Positions 51,205 to 61,288 of a DNA stretch of 64,000 nt are shown here, one piece after another; position 1 is the stretch's first letter, and each line of letters begins with the position of its first letter. The notes beneath the pieces are model-generated. The model saw only the letters and a list, made by a program, of their open reading frames with translations. It was not told the origin of the DNA and searched no databases. Location: positions 37,694 through 101,693 of IMG/VR virus record IMGVR_UViG_3300046171_000208. One strand, 5' to 3'. The DNA is from a virus. A program made the position numbers and the translations under genes.

Positions 51205-51467
51205 TGGCAAGAAAAGTTAATTATCAAACTTCTTGCCCTACCACATTCCCCTCTTTGTTAGATGCCAAAGTTGGTCAACCAACTGGTTATGTAACAAAGG
51301 ATGGTTCGTGGGCTGCAGTTCCATCAAATGGTAGAAAATTTGCCATTGTTCATAATGGTATCATTGAACACTTCTCAAAGAATTTTGAATGTGCTATGAT
51401 ATACATACAAAAAGAATTAAAAAAGGAGAAGAGAAATGCACGATCAAAACTCAATCGATCAGAGTGA
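51204..51467 (+). CDS. hypothetical protein
   Basis: GYVTKDGSWAAVP motif; coupled start. Confidence 0.65.
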   Translation: MARKVNYQTSCPTTFPSLLDAKVGQPTGYVTKDGSWAAVPSNGRKFAIVHNGIIEHFSKNFECAMIYIQKELKKEKRNARSKLNRSE

Positions 51468-51740
51468 AACTTCTGCTGAAAAATATCAGCGAGCGTTGGA
51501 TTTATTTACTGAATCAGTCATGAAACCTGATGCTGATTTGCGTGGTTGTGCATATAATCAAGGTTGTTACGATGACCTGATGGAAATAAGAGAACACGTT
51601 TTAGAATACCTTAAAAACTTTAAAAGAAGTCACACATCATACCTATGCAGATGAGAGTGATGAATTAGAGACAGCAAAATTAATTGAAGTAAAAGATAGA
51701 GTTGCAGTTGAGACAAAACCATTTACAAAATGGCGGTAAT
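51436..51740 (+). CDS. hypothetical protein (apparent frameshift at about 51615)
   Basis: RALDLFTESVMKPD..LRGCA; continues as TLKEVTHHTYADESDE after an extra A. Confidence 0.55.
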
Positions 51741-51811
51741 GTGTTCATACTAATACATTAATATTAGGGTAAATCTATTAAAATAAATAATGTGAACTAT
51801 AAAATTACCTT

Positions 51812-52111
51812 ATGTTATCTACCCAATACCGACTAAGATTAGAAGCAATTTGCAAGGATATTGCTTCGGGAACAGAAGTTTCATTAGAAGATATGATATG
51901 GGCAAACAAATTGGGAAAGGCGAATACAAGTGCAAGAGGAATGTTAAACAAAGCAAGGAAAATATCAAGGAATCCGAATGATTCTTTTTTGAATAACTTG
52001 AATATTGGAGACCCCGATTCAAGTAATCACAGAAGGGGTTTCAATAGTCCAGATGAGATTGTTGATTGGTTCAAACCTGACCGTTCAGACGATTGGAGAC
52101 AGAGAGATTAG
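51812..52111 (+). CDS. conserved cyanophage hypothetical protein
   Basis: MLSTQYRLRLEAICK...DPDSSNH...DDWRQRD. Confidence 0.75.
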   Translation: MLSTQYRLRLEAICKDIASGTEVSLEDMIWANKLGKANTSARGMLNKARKISRNPNDSFLNNLNIGDPDSSNHRRGFNSPDEIVDWFKPDRSDDWRQRD

Positions 52112-52263
52112 GAGTAGGTATATGTGCGTAGGCATAAATTTTTGTTAATCGTTTATGTAAATGTGTTGGATTAAACACTAAATAATGGTAGAATTAGGGA
52201 GAACAAGATGCACTAAAACTTTTTGTATTATGGTTCAAATTAGTCCAACTATTATTCGATAAA

Positions 52264-52407
52264 ATGCACAACTTAATTCCACTAAATCAACTCAACGGTT
52301 ATAATGATGATAACGATTTAATCACAGAATACTATGAGTGCTTAATCGAATGTGACGATAAACAATCAGAGTGTAAAAGAATATGTAAGGAGGTTTTAAT
52401 TCGTTAA
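52264..52407 (+). CDS. 47-aa Cys-rich protein resembling picocyanobacterial small proteins
   Basis: MHNLIPLNQL...EYYECLIECDDKQSECKRICKEVL; not in the ORF track. Confidence 0.7.
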   Translation: MHNLIPLNQLNGYNDDNDLITEYYECLIECDDKQSECKRICKEVLIR

Positions 52408-52476
52408 TTGTCGTTTACCGAGTTAGCAAATGTATCAATTCTACCATCCACCTTAAGTAAAATAGAATAAAAAAAC

Positions 52477-52511
52477 AACCCCTTGACTTTTTAAGTCAGG
52501 GGGTTTATAAT
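52477..52511 (+). promoter_or_regulatory. stem-loop overlapping a sigma70 promoter
   Basis: AACCCC-TTGACTT...AAGTCAG-GGGGTT hairpin containing TTGACT-N17-TATAAT. Confidence 0.65.
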
Positions 52512-54165
52512 TGGAGAAACAATTTAATAATGATTAGTCCTTTGAGATATGTTCAAAATGTAAGAACTGTTTATAGCAGATTTTACCAGAAAAATATTAA
52601 GGAAGTCGAAGTGCAGTTTAATGATGAAGAACCTGCTTGGATTCCTTATGATACACTACTATCAATTATGTCAATTATGGGGATAGATGATGAAAGTATT
52701 ATTTAAAATTAGAGAGTTTGCGTGGATGGTCGCAGACGAAATTGCTGATTGGTTATATCCATATCAGAAATAGATTGACACCAGAAGAACAGTTTGAAGT
52801 CAGAGTGAAAGACCCGATGAGTGGGGAACAATATATGATGGAAGAAATTATACAATCTCAAAATGAAAGGATAGAAAGATTACAGGATGAAATGATAAAT
52901 GTTCAGATGAGACTATCAGAACACGATGATAGATTTAAGACAAGAGTTAAGATTAAAAAGGATAGTTCATCTGTATCAGGAGACATCAAGAATATCTTTA
53001 ATTCCTGATATACTAAATAATTCTTAATATAACTTAAAACTTGATGAAGGATAAGAAGGCAGCAAAGATATTGATTAAGAGAGCAAAAGCAAACCCAGAA
53101 TTATATACCGATACGGAAGTGAAATACGCAAGACTAATTAAACGAACTTTAAAACTTTCCAGTAATGAGCAACCAATCTCTGAAAATCAATCAAAATAAA
53201 GACGGAACTTTTACCGTTGAATGGGATAAACAAGACCCCGAATGGAGTTGGATGAACAACTTGACATCCAAAGAAATTCAAGGTATCATGGAGAAAGCAA
53301 TTCACTTGGATAAGAACAAATGATAGACGAATTTCTAGTCCATCACTTAATAATTTAAAGGACTCTATCGAGGATGCACTCACAGTAGAATCCCCACAGG
53401 ATATACTGGATTGTATTATGTTGACATTGAAAAGAAATTCACAATACCATCGTGTATGTGCAAGACATTCAAAGGAAGTCTTGGATTTATTGTATGGTGT
53501 GGACAAGAAAAACAATGTAGTTGAAATCAATGCAGGTGCGTTGGATGATGATTACCTTACAGACCCTAAAAAATGGATAGATTATACTGAATTACCAGAT
53601 AGTGGTAAGGTACAAACTGAACCAGAGAATACAGGTCTTATGGATGAGGATGAGTTGATAGCAAATGGTTATCAACTGACCGATACAGGATGGGTTAAAG
53701 CATAATGGCATTATCCGAAACTGTCAAGTCATCTTTAAGGGATGCACAGGAAGATTTAAAAAATGCTCTTGCGTGTGCAGCCGAGAACAGAGAAACCATT
53801 TATCAGTAAAAATATTGCTGATATGATAGCACAGATTGAAAATGTAATTGATGCAAGTGAAGTAATAGACCAAATAGAACAAAGGAAGGATGGGGATAGT
53901 GGTATGTTTGGTACATTTTTCAATCACGATTTACCATAGTTATGAAGTATCATTTGTATGACGAAAATTATGACCATAAGGGAGATTTCCAGACACTACA
54001 GGAAATGAGAAATTACTTGTGTGAATGGAAATATGACAATAATGATAGAAGTTATATGGATGATACCTTTGATTTTATCAAATCTATCAGATGGCATTGG
54101 GATTTAACCGAACATTAAATTATCATTAAAAACATAAATAGTATTAACACAAACAAAAAAACATT

Positions 54166-54393
54166 ATGAAATCAATAGAAGACCATATCGAGTTCGATAA
54201 AAAGAAAATTGAAGACCCAACAGTATCTTCAGCAGCAAGAAGACACTATAAAGAGGAACTTCAAGAACTACAAGAATATGTCGGACATCACACAGAAGAG
54301 ATAAAAGCTGGCGACCATCACGACCCAAATGCTCTAGAATTATTTTGCGACTTGCACCCTGACGAACCAGAGTGTCTAGTGTATGACGACTAA
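54166..54393 (+). CDS. cp12: CP12 Calvin-cycle inhibitor (auxiliary metabolic gene)
   Basis: C-terminal LELFCDLHPDEPECLVYDD; CATAAATA late promoter upstream. Confidence 0.93.
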   Translation: MKSIEDHIEFDKKKIEDPTVSSAARRHYKEELQELQEYVGHHTEEIKAGDHHDPNALELFCDLHPDEPECLVYDD

Positions 54394-54632
54394 CCAGACA
54401 TTTCAATAGCAAAGTCAAGTGCTTTTTTGGCACTATCGGATAATCTTATTACCTTACTAGATTTAACAACTTGAAATCCGAGTAAATCCCCCTCTGGTTT
54501 TTCGGGTAAACCGAAAGGCAAAACTAGAAATATACCTGCGTTGGCAACACATTTCCAACCAACATCTACAAAACCTAATTCCCTTAATGCACATTCTAGT
54601 TTTAAAGAGTGGCAACCATCAATTAATTTCAT
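54390..54632 (-). CDS. 80-aa hypothetical protein, possibly host-derived
   Basis: MKLIDGCHSLKLECALRELGF...; late promoter CTAAATA on - at 54653-54659. Confidence 0.6.
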   Translation of the reverse strand: MKLIDGCHSLKLECALRELGFVDVGWKCVANAGIFLVLPFGLPEKPEGDLLGFQVVKSSKVIRLSDSAKKALDFAIEMSG

Positions 54633-54696
54633 ACGGATAACCGAACTGTAAATATTTAGTGTGGACATTATACCGAAAGTGTGATATAATATCTGT

Positions 54697-55254
54697 ATGG
54701 CATCAACAGCATTAAAAGCTTTAACAGCAACTACAGGAACTCGAACTGATTGTTGGAACACCCCACCAGAGTTTGTAGGGGATGTACTAGAATTTTTCGA
54801 TAACAAACTAGATTTAGACCCCTGTTGTAATGACATCGAGAATCCCAATGTACCCGCTAAAAAACTTTTCGACGAGAAAATAAATGGTTTAGCACAAAAT
54901 TGGGTTGCCGAGAGTGTGTTTATGAATCATCCATATAGTAATAGTAAAGAGTGGATACCCTATGCAGTATCACAGTATCAACTAGGACACGCAAAAGAGT
55001 TAGTCCTGTTGATTAAGATGGATGTATCGACAAGATGGTGGAAGTCAATATCAACCTATCCATTTCTAGCAATTAATAAAAGATTAAAATTTGGAAGTGG
55101 AAAAGGTGCAGCACCTTTTCAATCTGCAATAGTTTATCTTGGCGATAGACTTGGTAAGTTTAGACGAATATTCGGTAAATATGGAACCCTTTATATGCCA
55201 GTAATTGAAGTGTCACAAGAGAAGTTGAATCCTCTTGTAGAAGTGCTATATTAA
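54697..55254 (+). CDS. phage DNA N6-adenine methyltransferase (lambdoid Dam-like family)
   Basis: WNTPPEF, LDLDPC, VFMNHPY, RLKF, APFQSA. Confidence 0.85.
   Translation: MASTALKALTATTGTRTDCWNTPPEFVGDVLEFFDNKLDLDPCCNDIENPNVPAKKLFDEKINGLAQNWVAESVFMNHPYSNSKEWIPYAVSQYQLGHAKELVLLIKMDVSTRWWKSISTYPFLAINKRLKFGSGKGAAPFQSAIVYLGDRLGKFRRIFGKYGTLYMPVIEVSQEKLNPLVEVLY
55195..55252 (+). promoter_or_regulatory. early promoter element
   Basis: ATGCCA-N10-TGTCAC-N30-TATATT. Confidence 0.75.
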
Positions 55255-55256
55255 TA

Positions 55257-55362
55257 GTGGGGAAACAAAATCGGCATCCAATGGGTTAGGTGCAAGTCCT
55301 AACTATCTCCGAAAGGATAAGGGAAATCATTGAGTGTAAGTCCGTATTTTTGTTTCTCGCAC
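55257..55362 (+). ncRNA. candidate structured RNA / 5' leader
   Basis: Closing stem GTGGGGAAACAAAA/TTTTGTTTCTCGCAC, inner CGG/CCG and CAATG/CATTG, hairpins GTTAGG-TGCAAGT-CCTAAC and TCC-GAAA-GGA. Confidence 0.6.
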
Positions 55363-55382
55363 CTTATTAACAAACAACTCTT

Positions 55383-55826
55383 ATGTCAACCAGAGCAAGA
55401 ATAGGTATTCAATTACCTGATGATTCAATCCTTTCAGTATATCATCACTTTGATGGATACCCAGAGGGATTAGGTGTTAAACTTGTAGAACACTACAACA
55501 CTTATGAGAAAGTTACTGAACTTATAGATGGTGGCAATATGAGTAATTGCTATTCTGATAGTAAGTTTAATGTAGAAACAGGAGAGTTCACACCTATCGC
55601 TGACCCAAAACCTAGTTATTATGGTGGGGATAATGAAGAACCAGTATTAAGTAAGAACTTTGATGAGTTCACACGAATAGATTGTTGGCAAGAGTTTTCT
55701 TATGTGTTTGTCACAGACAGATGGGTAGCATACTCTACCGAACAAAAGTTTAATGAAGATTATAGTAAGATTACCAGAGTAATTGTCAAGGAGGTAGAAA
55801 TCCCAAAAAAGCAGACAGTTGAATAA
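55383..55826 (+). CDS. conserved phage hypothetical protein
   Basis: MSTRARIG...SVYHHFDGYPEGLG. Confidence 0.8.
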   Translation: MSTRARIGIQLPDDSILSVYHHFDGYPEGLGVKLVEHYNTYEKVTELIDGGNMSNCYSDSKFNVETGEFTPIADPKPSYYGGDNEEPVLSKNFDEFTRIDCWQEFSYVFVTDRWVAYSTEQKFNEDYSKITRVIVKEVEIPKKQTVE

Positions 55827-55869
55827 GTGGCACAAGGGGGTGGTCAACCCCCTTTTTTATTGCTATAAT
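55812..55869 (+). promoter_or_regulatory. early promoter element with embedded terminator-like hairpin
   Basis: CAGACA-N10-TGGCAC-[AAGGGGGT...ACCCCCTTTTTT]-TATAAT (N30). Confidence 0.8.
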
Positions 55870-55895
55870 AGATGTATAAACAAAGAAACACCCCT

Positions 55896-56352
55896 ATGGA
55901 AAAAGTAATCGGAGAATCAGTAAGAGAAACAAATCAAGACATTTCTAAACAGATATGTTGATGACTATTGCAAAGCACTTAATGAGAACTACAAACAGGA
56001 CACAATTAGAAGTCTTGAGCATAACTTGAAGCGTGACCCTGATTGCACTTATTCAGCAAATCAACTTGTTAAAATTATGCAAGGTAAAGCAAACCTAGAC
56101 AGATTTAGATATAGTGAAGGTAAGAAGTATTTAAAAGTGACCAGAGAAGAGTATAACGAAAAAACTGGTTATTGGAGAGATACTACAGTTCACGCATTTG
56201 TAGATAAAAAAACTGGGGATGTATTCAAACCTGCATCTTGGAAAGCACCCGCAAAACACGTTAGATTTAGTTTTTGCAACAAAAAAGACTATGTTGTTCT
56301 AACTGACCCTAGATGTGTAGGATGGGCGGGTGGATACTTATACTTAAGGTAA
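55896..56352 (+). CDS. conserved early hypothetical protein (apparent frameshift at about 55937)
   Basis: GKKYLKV, VHAFVDKKTGDVFKPASWKAPAK, WAGGYLY; ATG after the conserved leader. Confidence 0.7.
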
Positions 56353-56583
56353 AATGAAATTATCAATCAGAGAAAAACTAATTTTTATTGTTTCATTTCT
56401 ATGGATGCTACATTGGGGAACTAATATAGCAAACCTAATTATTGACACATTCTTGTTAAAAAATGGTGTCAGATTATTACCATTTGGGTTATAATTTTAC
56501 TATATAATCTCGTATGTGTTAATATAAGGTCAATAGAGAGAGAATAATATTAGTTTAAAAGCAAACTACTATCACTCAAACAA

Positions 56584-57501
56584 ATGCAACTCAAACACAT
56601 TGAACATCCCGAAGATACTATTCTTACTGGAGACTTATCAGCAATTAACTGGTTTACTATACAGGGAAAGGTATCTCTTAAAATAGATGGTTGCCCTGCT
56701 ATTGTATGGGGAACTAATCCCGAAAATGATAAATTTTTCGTAGGAACTAAATCAGTATTCAATAAAGTCAAGAAGATGGTATGTCACTCTCACGAAGAGA
56801 TTGATATATTATATGCAGATAAACCTGACTTGGCAAATAAATTACACTCTTGTTTTGATAATCTAATCAGAACAGATACAATATATCAGGGAGACTTACT
56901 TGGTATCGGTGGCGATGACTATTACCAACCGAATACAATAGGTTATCTATTTCCATTTAAGATAGACCATAATATTATTATTGCACCACACACAGAGTAT
57001 ATCGCTACAGGTAACACTTTAGTTGATACTCACGCAATACCATTAGACCATACACTTGAAACTGACCTTGATAAAGTCTTGTATGTTCAATGTGATGCAA
57101 TCGCTAAATTTCAAGAGTTTGTATATGATAGATGTCAGTTTGCAAAACAAATGGCAACTATGGTGGAATTTGTAGATAATAAAAAAGCACAAGAATTAAA
57201 GAAAACTATTAATCATTGTATTCGTATTGGAACAAGAATGACAGATGATGTGATTGATACTATATCAGATTCACATAATATTGACCCTAACTTGATGAGA
57301 CTTTGGAAGTTAGTCAAGTCAATCAAAATGGATGCACTCAAAAGATGTGAACACAATGCTTGGTGGTCAACATTTAATGACGATGGCGAAATAGATGGCG
57401 AAGGTTATGTAATGTGGAATAGGTGGGGTATATACAAATTAGTTGATAGGGATGAGTTTAGCAGATTAAACTTCCTTACAAGTGGAGCTTGGGACAGTTA
57501 A
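56584..57501 (+). CDS. conserved T4-like protein with ligase-like nucleotidyltransferase motifs
   Basis: HIEHPED, SLKIDGCPAIVWG (KxDG), YQGD, EGYV, KLVDRDEFS. Confidence 0.7.
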   Translation: MQLKHIEHPEDTILTGDLSAINWFTIQGKVSLKIDGCPAIVWGTNPENDKFFVGTKSVFNKVKKMVCHSHEEIDILYADKPDLANKLHSCFDNLIRTDTIYQGDLLGIGGDDYYQPNTIGYLFPFKIDHNIIIAPHTEYIATGNTLVDTHAIPLDHTLETDLDKVLYVQCDAIAKFQEFVYDRCQFAKQMATMVEFVDNKKAQELKKTINHCIRIGTRMTDDVIDTISDSHNIDPNLMRLWKLVKSIKMDALKRCEHNAWWSTFNDDGEIDGEGYVMWNRWGIYKLVDRDEFSRLNFLTSGAWDS

Positions 57502-57548
57502 ATATGTGTCACAACCTACCACGCATAGGTTATAAAATGCCCTATAAT
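57491..57548 (+). promoter_or_regulatory. early promoter element
   Basis: GGGACA-N10-TGTCAC-N30-TATAAT. Confidence 0.8.
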
Positions 57549-57575
57549 AGAGAAGTAATCAAGAAATCCCTTATT

Positions 57576-57863
57576 ATGAACTCAGGAACACCAAGCACAG
57601 CACTCAACGATATGCTTACAGATTTTGTGAAGTATGTTGATAGTTTCTATGGAGTAAATGACCCTTTATATCCTATGATAAATCAGGAGACAAAACAACC
57701 ATTAAACACAGTTGACATCTATAGTGCTACTCAATTCTATCTTTCACAATGTAGTGATGAGAGAGTCACTAATTGCACTTGGGGAGACGGAGACTCTCTT
57801 GACAGAGAAAGAGTCAGAGACATTCTACTTGAAGAGTACAACTACAAGTTTGTAGGAGAGTAA
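57576..57863 (+). CDS. early hypothetical protein
   Basis: FVKYVDSFYG...GDSLDRERVRD; ATG after the element leader. Confidence 0.7.
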   Translation: MNSGTPSTALNDMLTDFVKYVDSFYGVNDPLYPMINQETKQPLNTVDIYSATQFYLSQCSDERVTNCTWGDGDSLDRERVRDILLEEYNYKFVGE

Positions 57864-58086
57864 GATGACAAAAATCAGAGGAGACTTTCCACAGACACCT
57901 CTTAAGTTGACCTTGAGAGAAGAACAGATAAGCACTATTCTCTATTGTTTAGAGGGTTATGTGCAAGGTAACGATGATGACAGAATTGGTAGAAGAGTTA
58001 GACGAAATCTTTGAAGTCTTGGAAACAACTGTTGACAAGTTTTACAACAAGATTGAAAAGGCAAGAGCAAAACAACCAGAGGAGGA

Positions 58087-58344
58087 ATGGTAATGGCAAA
58101 ACACACACTTGAATTAGATGATATGGAATTGACAGCACTCATCATACACCTTGAAGGTCAAAATGAAATAATGTGTGAGTCAAGATTGAACTGTAGTAAC
58201 CCAAGTGAAACACCTGATAGAGAAGAAGTGCTATTGAATATGGTATATGAAAAGGCATTTACAATGGGTTGGGATAAACACATAAACCCAAAGGTCGATT
58301 TTGATTTAATTAAAAACCAAGATAGGATTTACAAGTACAAATGA
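58087..58344 (+). CDS. early hypothetical protein
   Basis: ORF in a tightly coupled run. Confidence 0.55.
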   Translation: MVMAKHTLELDDMELTALIIHLEGQNEIMCESRLNCSNPSETPDREEVLLNMVYEKAFTMGWDKHINPKVDFDLIKNQDRIYKYK

Positions 58345-58577
58345 CATCATCAAGTTATCAGGATTGGACACACGAAGTACTTAACACACACTTGAGAGTT
58401 TCAAGTATCATACCAACACGCACAGTTGACAAGTACACTAGGGCAGGGCGATATGGTAAAACCATAGTTTGCCCAGAGTGTAACAAAGTTGCCACAGTAT
58501 ATCACTTTAGTTGGTCAGCACTCGGTTGTCAAGAGTGTGGTGCTATGGTAGAAAAAAATCAATGGAGATTATTATGA
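58341..58577 (+). CDS. zinc-ribbon protein
   Basis: CPEC...VYHFSWSALGCQEC. Confidence 0.7.
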   Translation: MTSSSYQDWTHEVLNTHLRVSSIIPTRTVDKYTRAGRYGKTIVCPECNKVATVYHFSWSALGCQECGAMVEKNQWRLL

Positions 58578-58739
58578 ATTTAGACAATTACGAACTAACA
58601 ACTATAGATTACGCATTAAAGTATTACCTTAAAGAAAATCCAAATCTTGATGAGGAAGATATTGAGTGGTGTAATTTAGTAAGAGAAAAAGTGGATAGCA
58701 TTATAATATCACAGGCAAAGTATGATATGGAATGTGGTT

Positions 58740-58796
58740 AGGACAGTTAAATTACTGTCACACCACATTGATATATGGTAAAATTTTTGCTATAAT
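58740..58796 (+). promoter_or_regulatory. early promoter element
   Basis: AGGACA-N10-TGTCAC-N29-TATAAT. Confidence 0.8.
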
Positions 58797-58811
58797 AGTA
58801 TTAGTTACAAA

Positions 58812-59312
58812 ATGATTATGACCCCCGAAGAAAAGTATCGTGACCTCTACGAACAAATGTATGACCTATGTGACGAACAGGGTTGGGGAGACCCATTCTC
58901 TTATGCAAGGTCAAGAGAAATCTATATGGCAGGTTTACTTGGTCATAAAGTTGCAGATGATTATTCTGGGGAAGATGCAATAGATGAAGATGGTGGATGT
59001 GAATACAAATCTACCATAGGTAAGAGTGTCAATGGAACTTATAATGGTATAAGTGTTCAAGATGATTGGGATGACCAAGCTAGGTATATCATAGAGGATA
59101 AAATTGGTAAGTATGAAAACCATTATTATGCAAGATTTGATGGTGGTAGAATTGCAGAGGTATGGAAGTTAGATGCTAACAACGTACTAAAGATTTTATT
59201 ACCGAAGATTAAGAAACAGTTTAATGAAGGTACATCACACAAGAAAGACCCTAGAATAGGGGTAAGTATCAGTACAAAACAAATCAAGGAATATGGTACA
59301 AGAATTAGATAG
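58812..59312 (+). CDS. putative PD-(D/E)XK endonuclease
   Basis: RE...DA...EYKS motif; overlaps the downstream MTase. Confidence 0.5.
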   Translation: MIMTPEEKYRDLYEQMYDLCDEQGWGDPFSYARSREIYMAGLLGHKVADDYSGEDAIDEDGGCEYKSTIGKSVNGTYNGISVQDDWDDQARYIIEDKIGKYENHYYARFDGGRIAEVWKLDANNVLKILLPKIKKQFNEGTSHKKDPRIGVSISTKQIKEYGTRIR

Positions 59313-59868
59313 TGGTAAGTTAATGTTCTCAGGTGGTAACAACGATGAGTGTTACACACCTGACTATGGTGTCAAACCTATTCTCAAGTATATTCCAGAG
59401 GGTGCTATAGTCTGGTGTCCTTTTGATACAGAGGAGAGTGAGTTTGTCAAGCAAATATCAAAACAGAATGAAGTTGAATACTCACACATATCAACTGGTC
59501 ATAACTTCTTTGATTATGAACCTGATGAGTGGGATGTAATGGTATCTAATCCACCTTTTACCAATAAGAGAAAGTACTTTGAGAGAGCATTATCACTTGG
59601 CAAACCTTTTGCCTTGATAATGACAAATACTTGGTTGAATGACTCAGCACCAAAACAACTATTCAAGGATAAGGACTTACAGTTGCTTATGTTTGATAAG
59701 AGAATGAAGTTTATTAGTCCAGATGGTAGAGACAATGATAAGATAACATTTAGTAGCAGTTACTATTGTTATAACATACTACCAAAACAAATAGTAATGG
59801 AGGAGTTGGATGTGCCACCTAAAAAAGTGTCCACTAAAGGTAGAAGTCAAGCAGTTTTACCACTATAA
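59293..59868 (+). CDS. putative DNA N6-adenine methyltransferase
   Basis: DECYTP, VWCPFD, SNPPF, RMKF. Confidence 0.75.
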   Translation: MVQELDSGKLMFSGGNNDECYTPDYGVKPILKYIPEGAIVWCPFDTEESEFVKQISKQNEVEYSHISTGHNFFDYEPDEWDVMVSNPPFTNKRKYFERALSLGKPFALIMTNTWLNDSAPKQLFKDKDLQLLMFDKRMKFISPDGRDNDKITFSSSYYCYNILPKQIVMEELDVPPKKVSTKGRSQAVLPL

Positions 59869-59869
59869 T
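59812..59869 (+). promoter_or_regulatory. early promoter element
   Basis: GTGCCA-N10-TGTCCA-N30-TATAAT. Confidence 0.8.
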
Positions 59870-59893
59870 AGTAATATAACAAAGAGAACCCCT

Positions 59894-60145
59894 ATGAAAA
59901 TCTCATCTGACAAACAACTTAAGAGAGACATCAAGTATCTCAAGAAACAACTTGACGATAACAAAGATGCAATTGATGAAATCCTAGAACACATTGAAAA
60001 AGTGGGTATAGGAAGTGCAGAGTATTTTTGCGAGGAGTTCGTATTTATCCCTGACGATGAAACACCAGAACAAGTTGCAAGACTACACGACCCACTATAC
60101 TTTGACATATCTGAATTTAATTACCACAACTGGGAGGGAAACTAA
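59894..60145 (+). CDS. early hypothetical protein
   Basis: ATG after the leader AAAGAGAACCCCT; SAEYFCEEF. Confidence 0.65.
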   Translation: MKISSDKQLKRDIKYLKKQLDDNKDAIDEILEHIEKVGIGSAEYFCEEFVFIPDDETPEQVARLHDPLYFDISEFNYHNWEGN

Positions 60146-60376
60146 TGACCACAAAAACAAGACAAAACATTTGGATTAACAACAAAGAGAGTTTTTCATC
60201 AAAGTTGAAGGAAAAGAACTTCGAGTCAACGAATATGGAGACAGATTACATAGTCTCATAGACTGACTTAGGTTGGGATTACCAAAGAATGAGTTGTAGT
60301 GGTAGAGAAGTCTATGACGAAATACAGCAACTTCTTGGTACGATTACAGAAAACGAAGTTTTTATGGAGATTTAAG

Positions 60377-60805
60377 ATGACACAATTTGAATATTACTCT
60401 CATAATAAAATGAGTCAAGTAAAAAAAGATTTTACACCCGCACTAATCAAAGAACTTAAATCATTCTTGGTTGAGAGAGTGGTTGATAATATGTCAACCG
60501 AAGACTTGGTTCAGTATGTCACAGATGACCTTGACGATATGTATAAGAATATGGCAGATGAGGAATTTCTCAATGACGCAAAAAACTACTGGGATGATGG
60601 ATTTGACGATGTAGTTGAAGAAATCAGAGAGTATGCTGATTGTGATTTCAAAAAGGACAGGAGAGAAGATTTCCTTGATAGTCTATCAGAGGGTAAAGAC
60701 CTTGATGACTATGGTAGCAAAGTTGATGCACTTGTAGATAGTATGGGTGTGACAGATGAAGATGTGTCCACTACACACAGACGCAAGGACTTGGACTTGC
60801 TATAA
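60377..60805 (+). CDS. acidic early hypothetical protein
   Basis: VERVVDNMSTEDL motif; start position approximate. Confidence 0.6.
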   Translation: MTQFEYYSHNKMSQVKKDFTPALIKELKSFLVERVVDNMSTEDLVQYVTDDLDDMYKNMADEEFLNDAKNYWDDGFDDVVEEIREYADCDFKKDRREDFLDSLSEGKDLDDYGSKVDALVDSMGVTDEDVSTTHRRKDLDLL

Positions 60806-60806
60806 T
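60749..60806 (+). promoter_or_regulatory. early promoter element
   Basis: GTGACA-N10-TGTCCA-N30-TATAAT. Confidence 0.8.
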
Positions 60807-60833
60807 AATAGTATAACACAGGAGAAACCCCTT

Positions 60834-61019
60834 ATGTCAAAAGAAATGTTATTCTTATGTGATGTGTACGATGCTTGGTTATCCAAGAACAAACTACCAC
60901 ATAGATGTGCAAGTGAGATACTTTATGGTGCTGACACTAAAGGCAGACTCACAGTAAATCAATCCTACTGGTTAGAGGACTTTATCTCTACTTGGGATGT
61001 TATCTCACAGAATACTTGA
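60834..61019 (+). CDS. early hypothetical protein
   Basis: SD AGGAG; MSKEMLFLCDVY. Confidence 0.65.
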   Translation: MSKEMLFLCDVYDAWLSKNKLPHRCASEILYGADTKGRLTVNQSYWLEDFISTWDVISQNT

Positions 61020-61288
61020 TATGATTGATAAACTTAATGTATCAGTTTCCTTTACAGGCGATGAACTGTATGAAACTATCAAACTTTATGACATATTGAG
61101 AGATATGGACTTTGAGTTATCAGAAACACAAGTCGAAGTGTTTGAGAAACTACAAGACGCAGAAGTCAACGCAGGATTTTTCTAATGGAACTTTTTATTT
61201 TATTGGGTGGTCTTTATGCCTTATATACTGTAGGTATGGCAATCGCCACAGAACTTGACTACAGAGAAGTAAACAGGAGAAGAAAATA

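Noticed and set aside
55285-55303. tRNA suggested by a T-arm-like GGTGCAAGTCC
   Set aside because: No acceptor/D/anticodon cloverleaf or CCA in the right geometry; kept only as an unassigned structured RNA. Element order also does not fit cobalamin riboswitch or twister.
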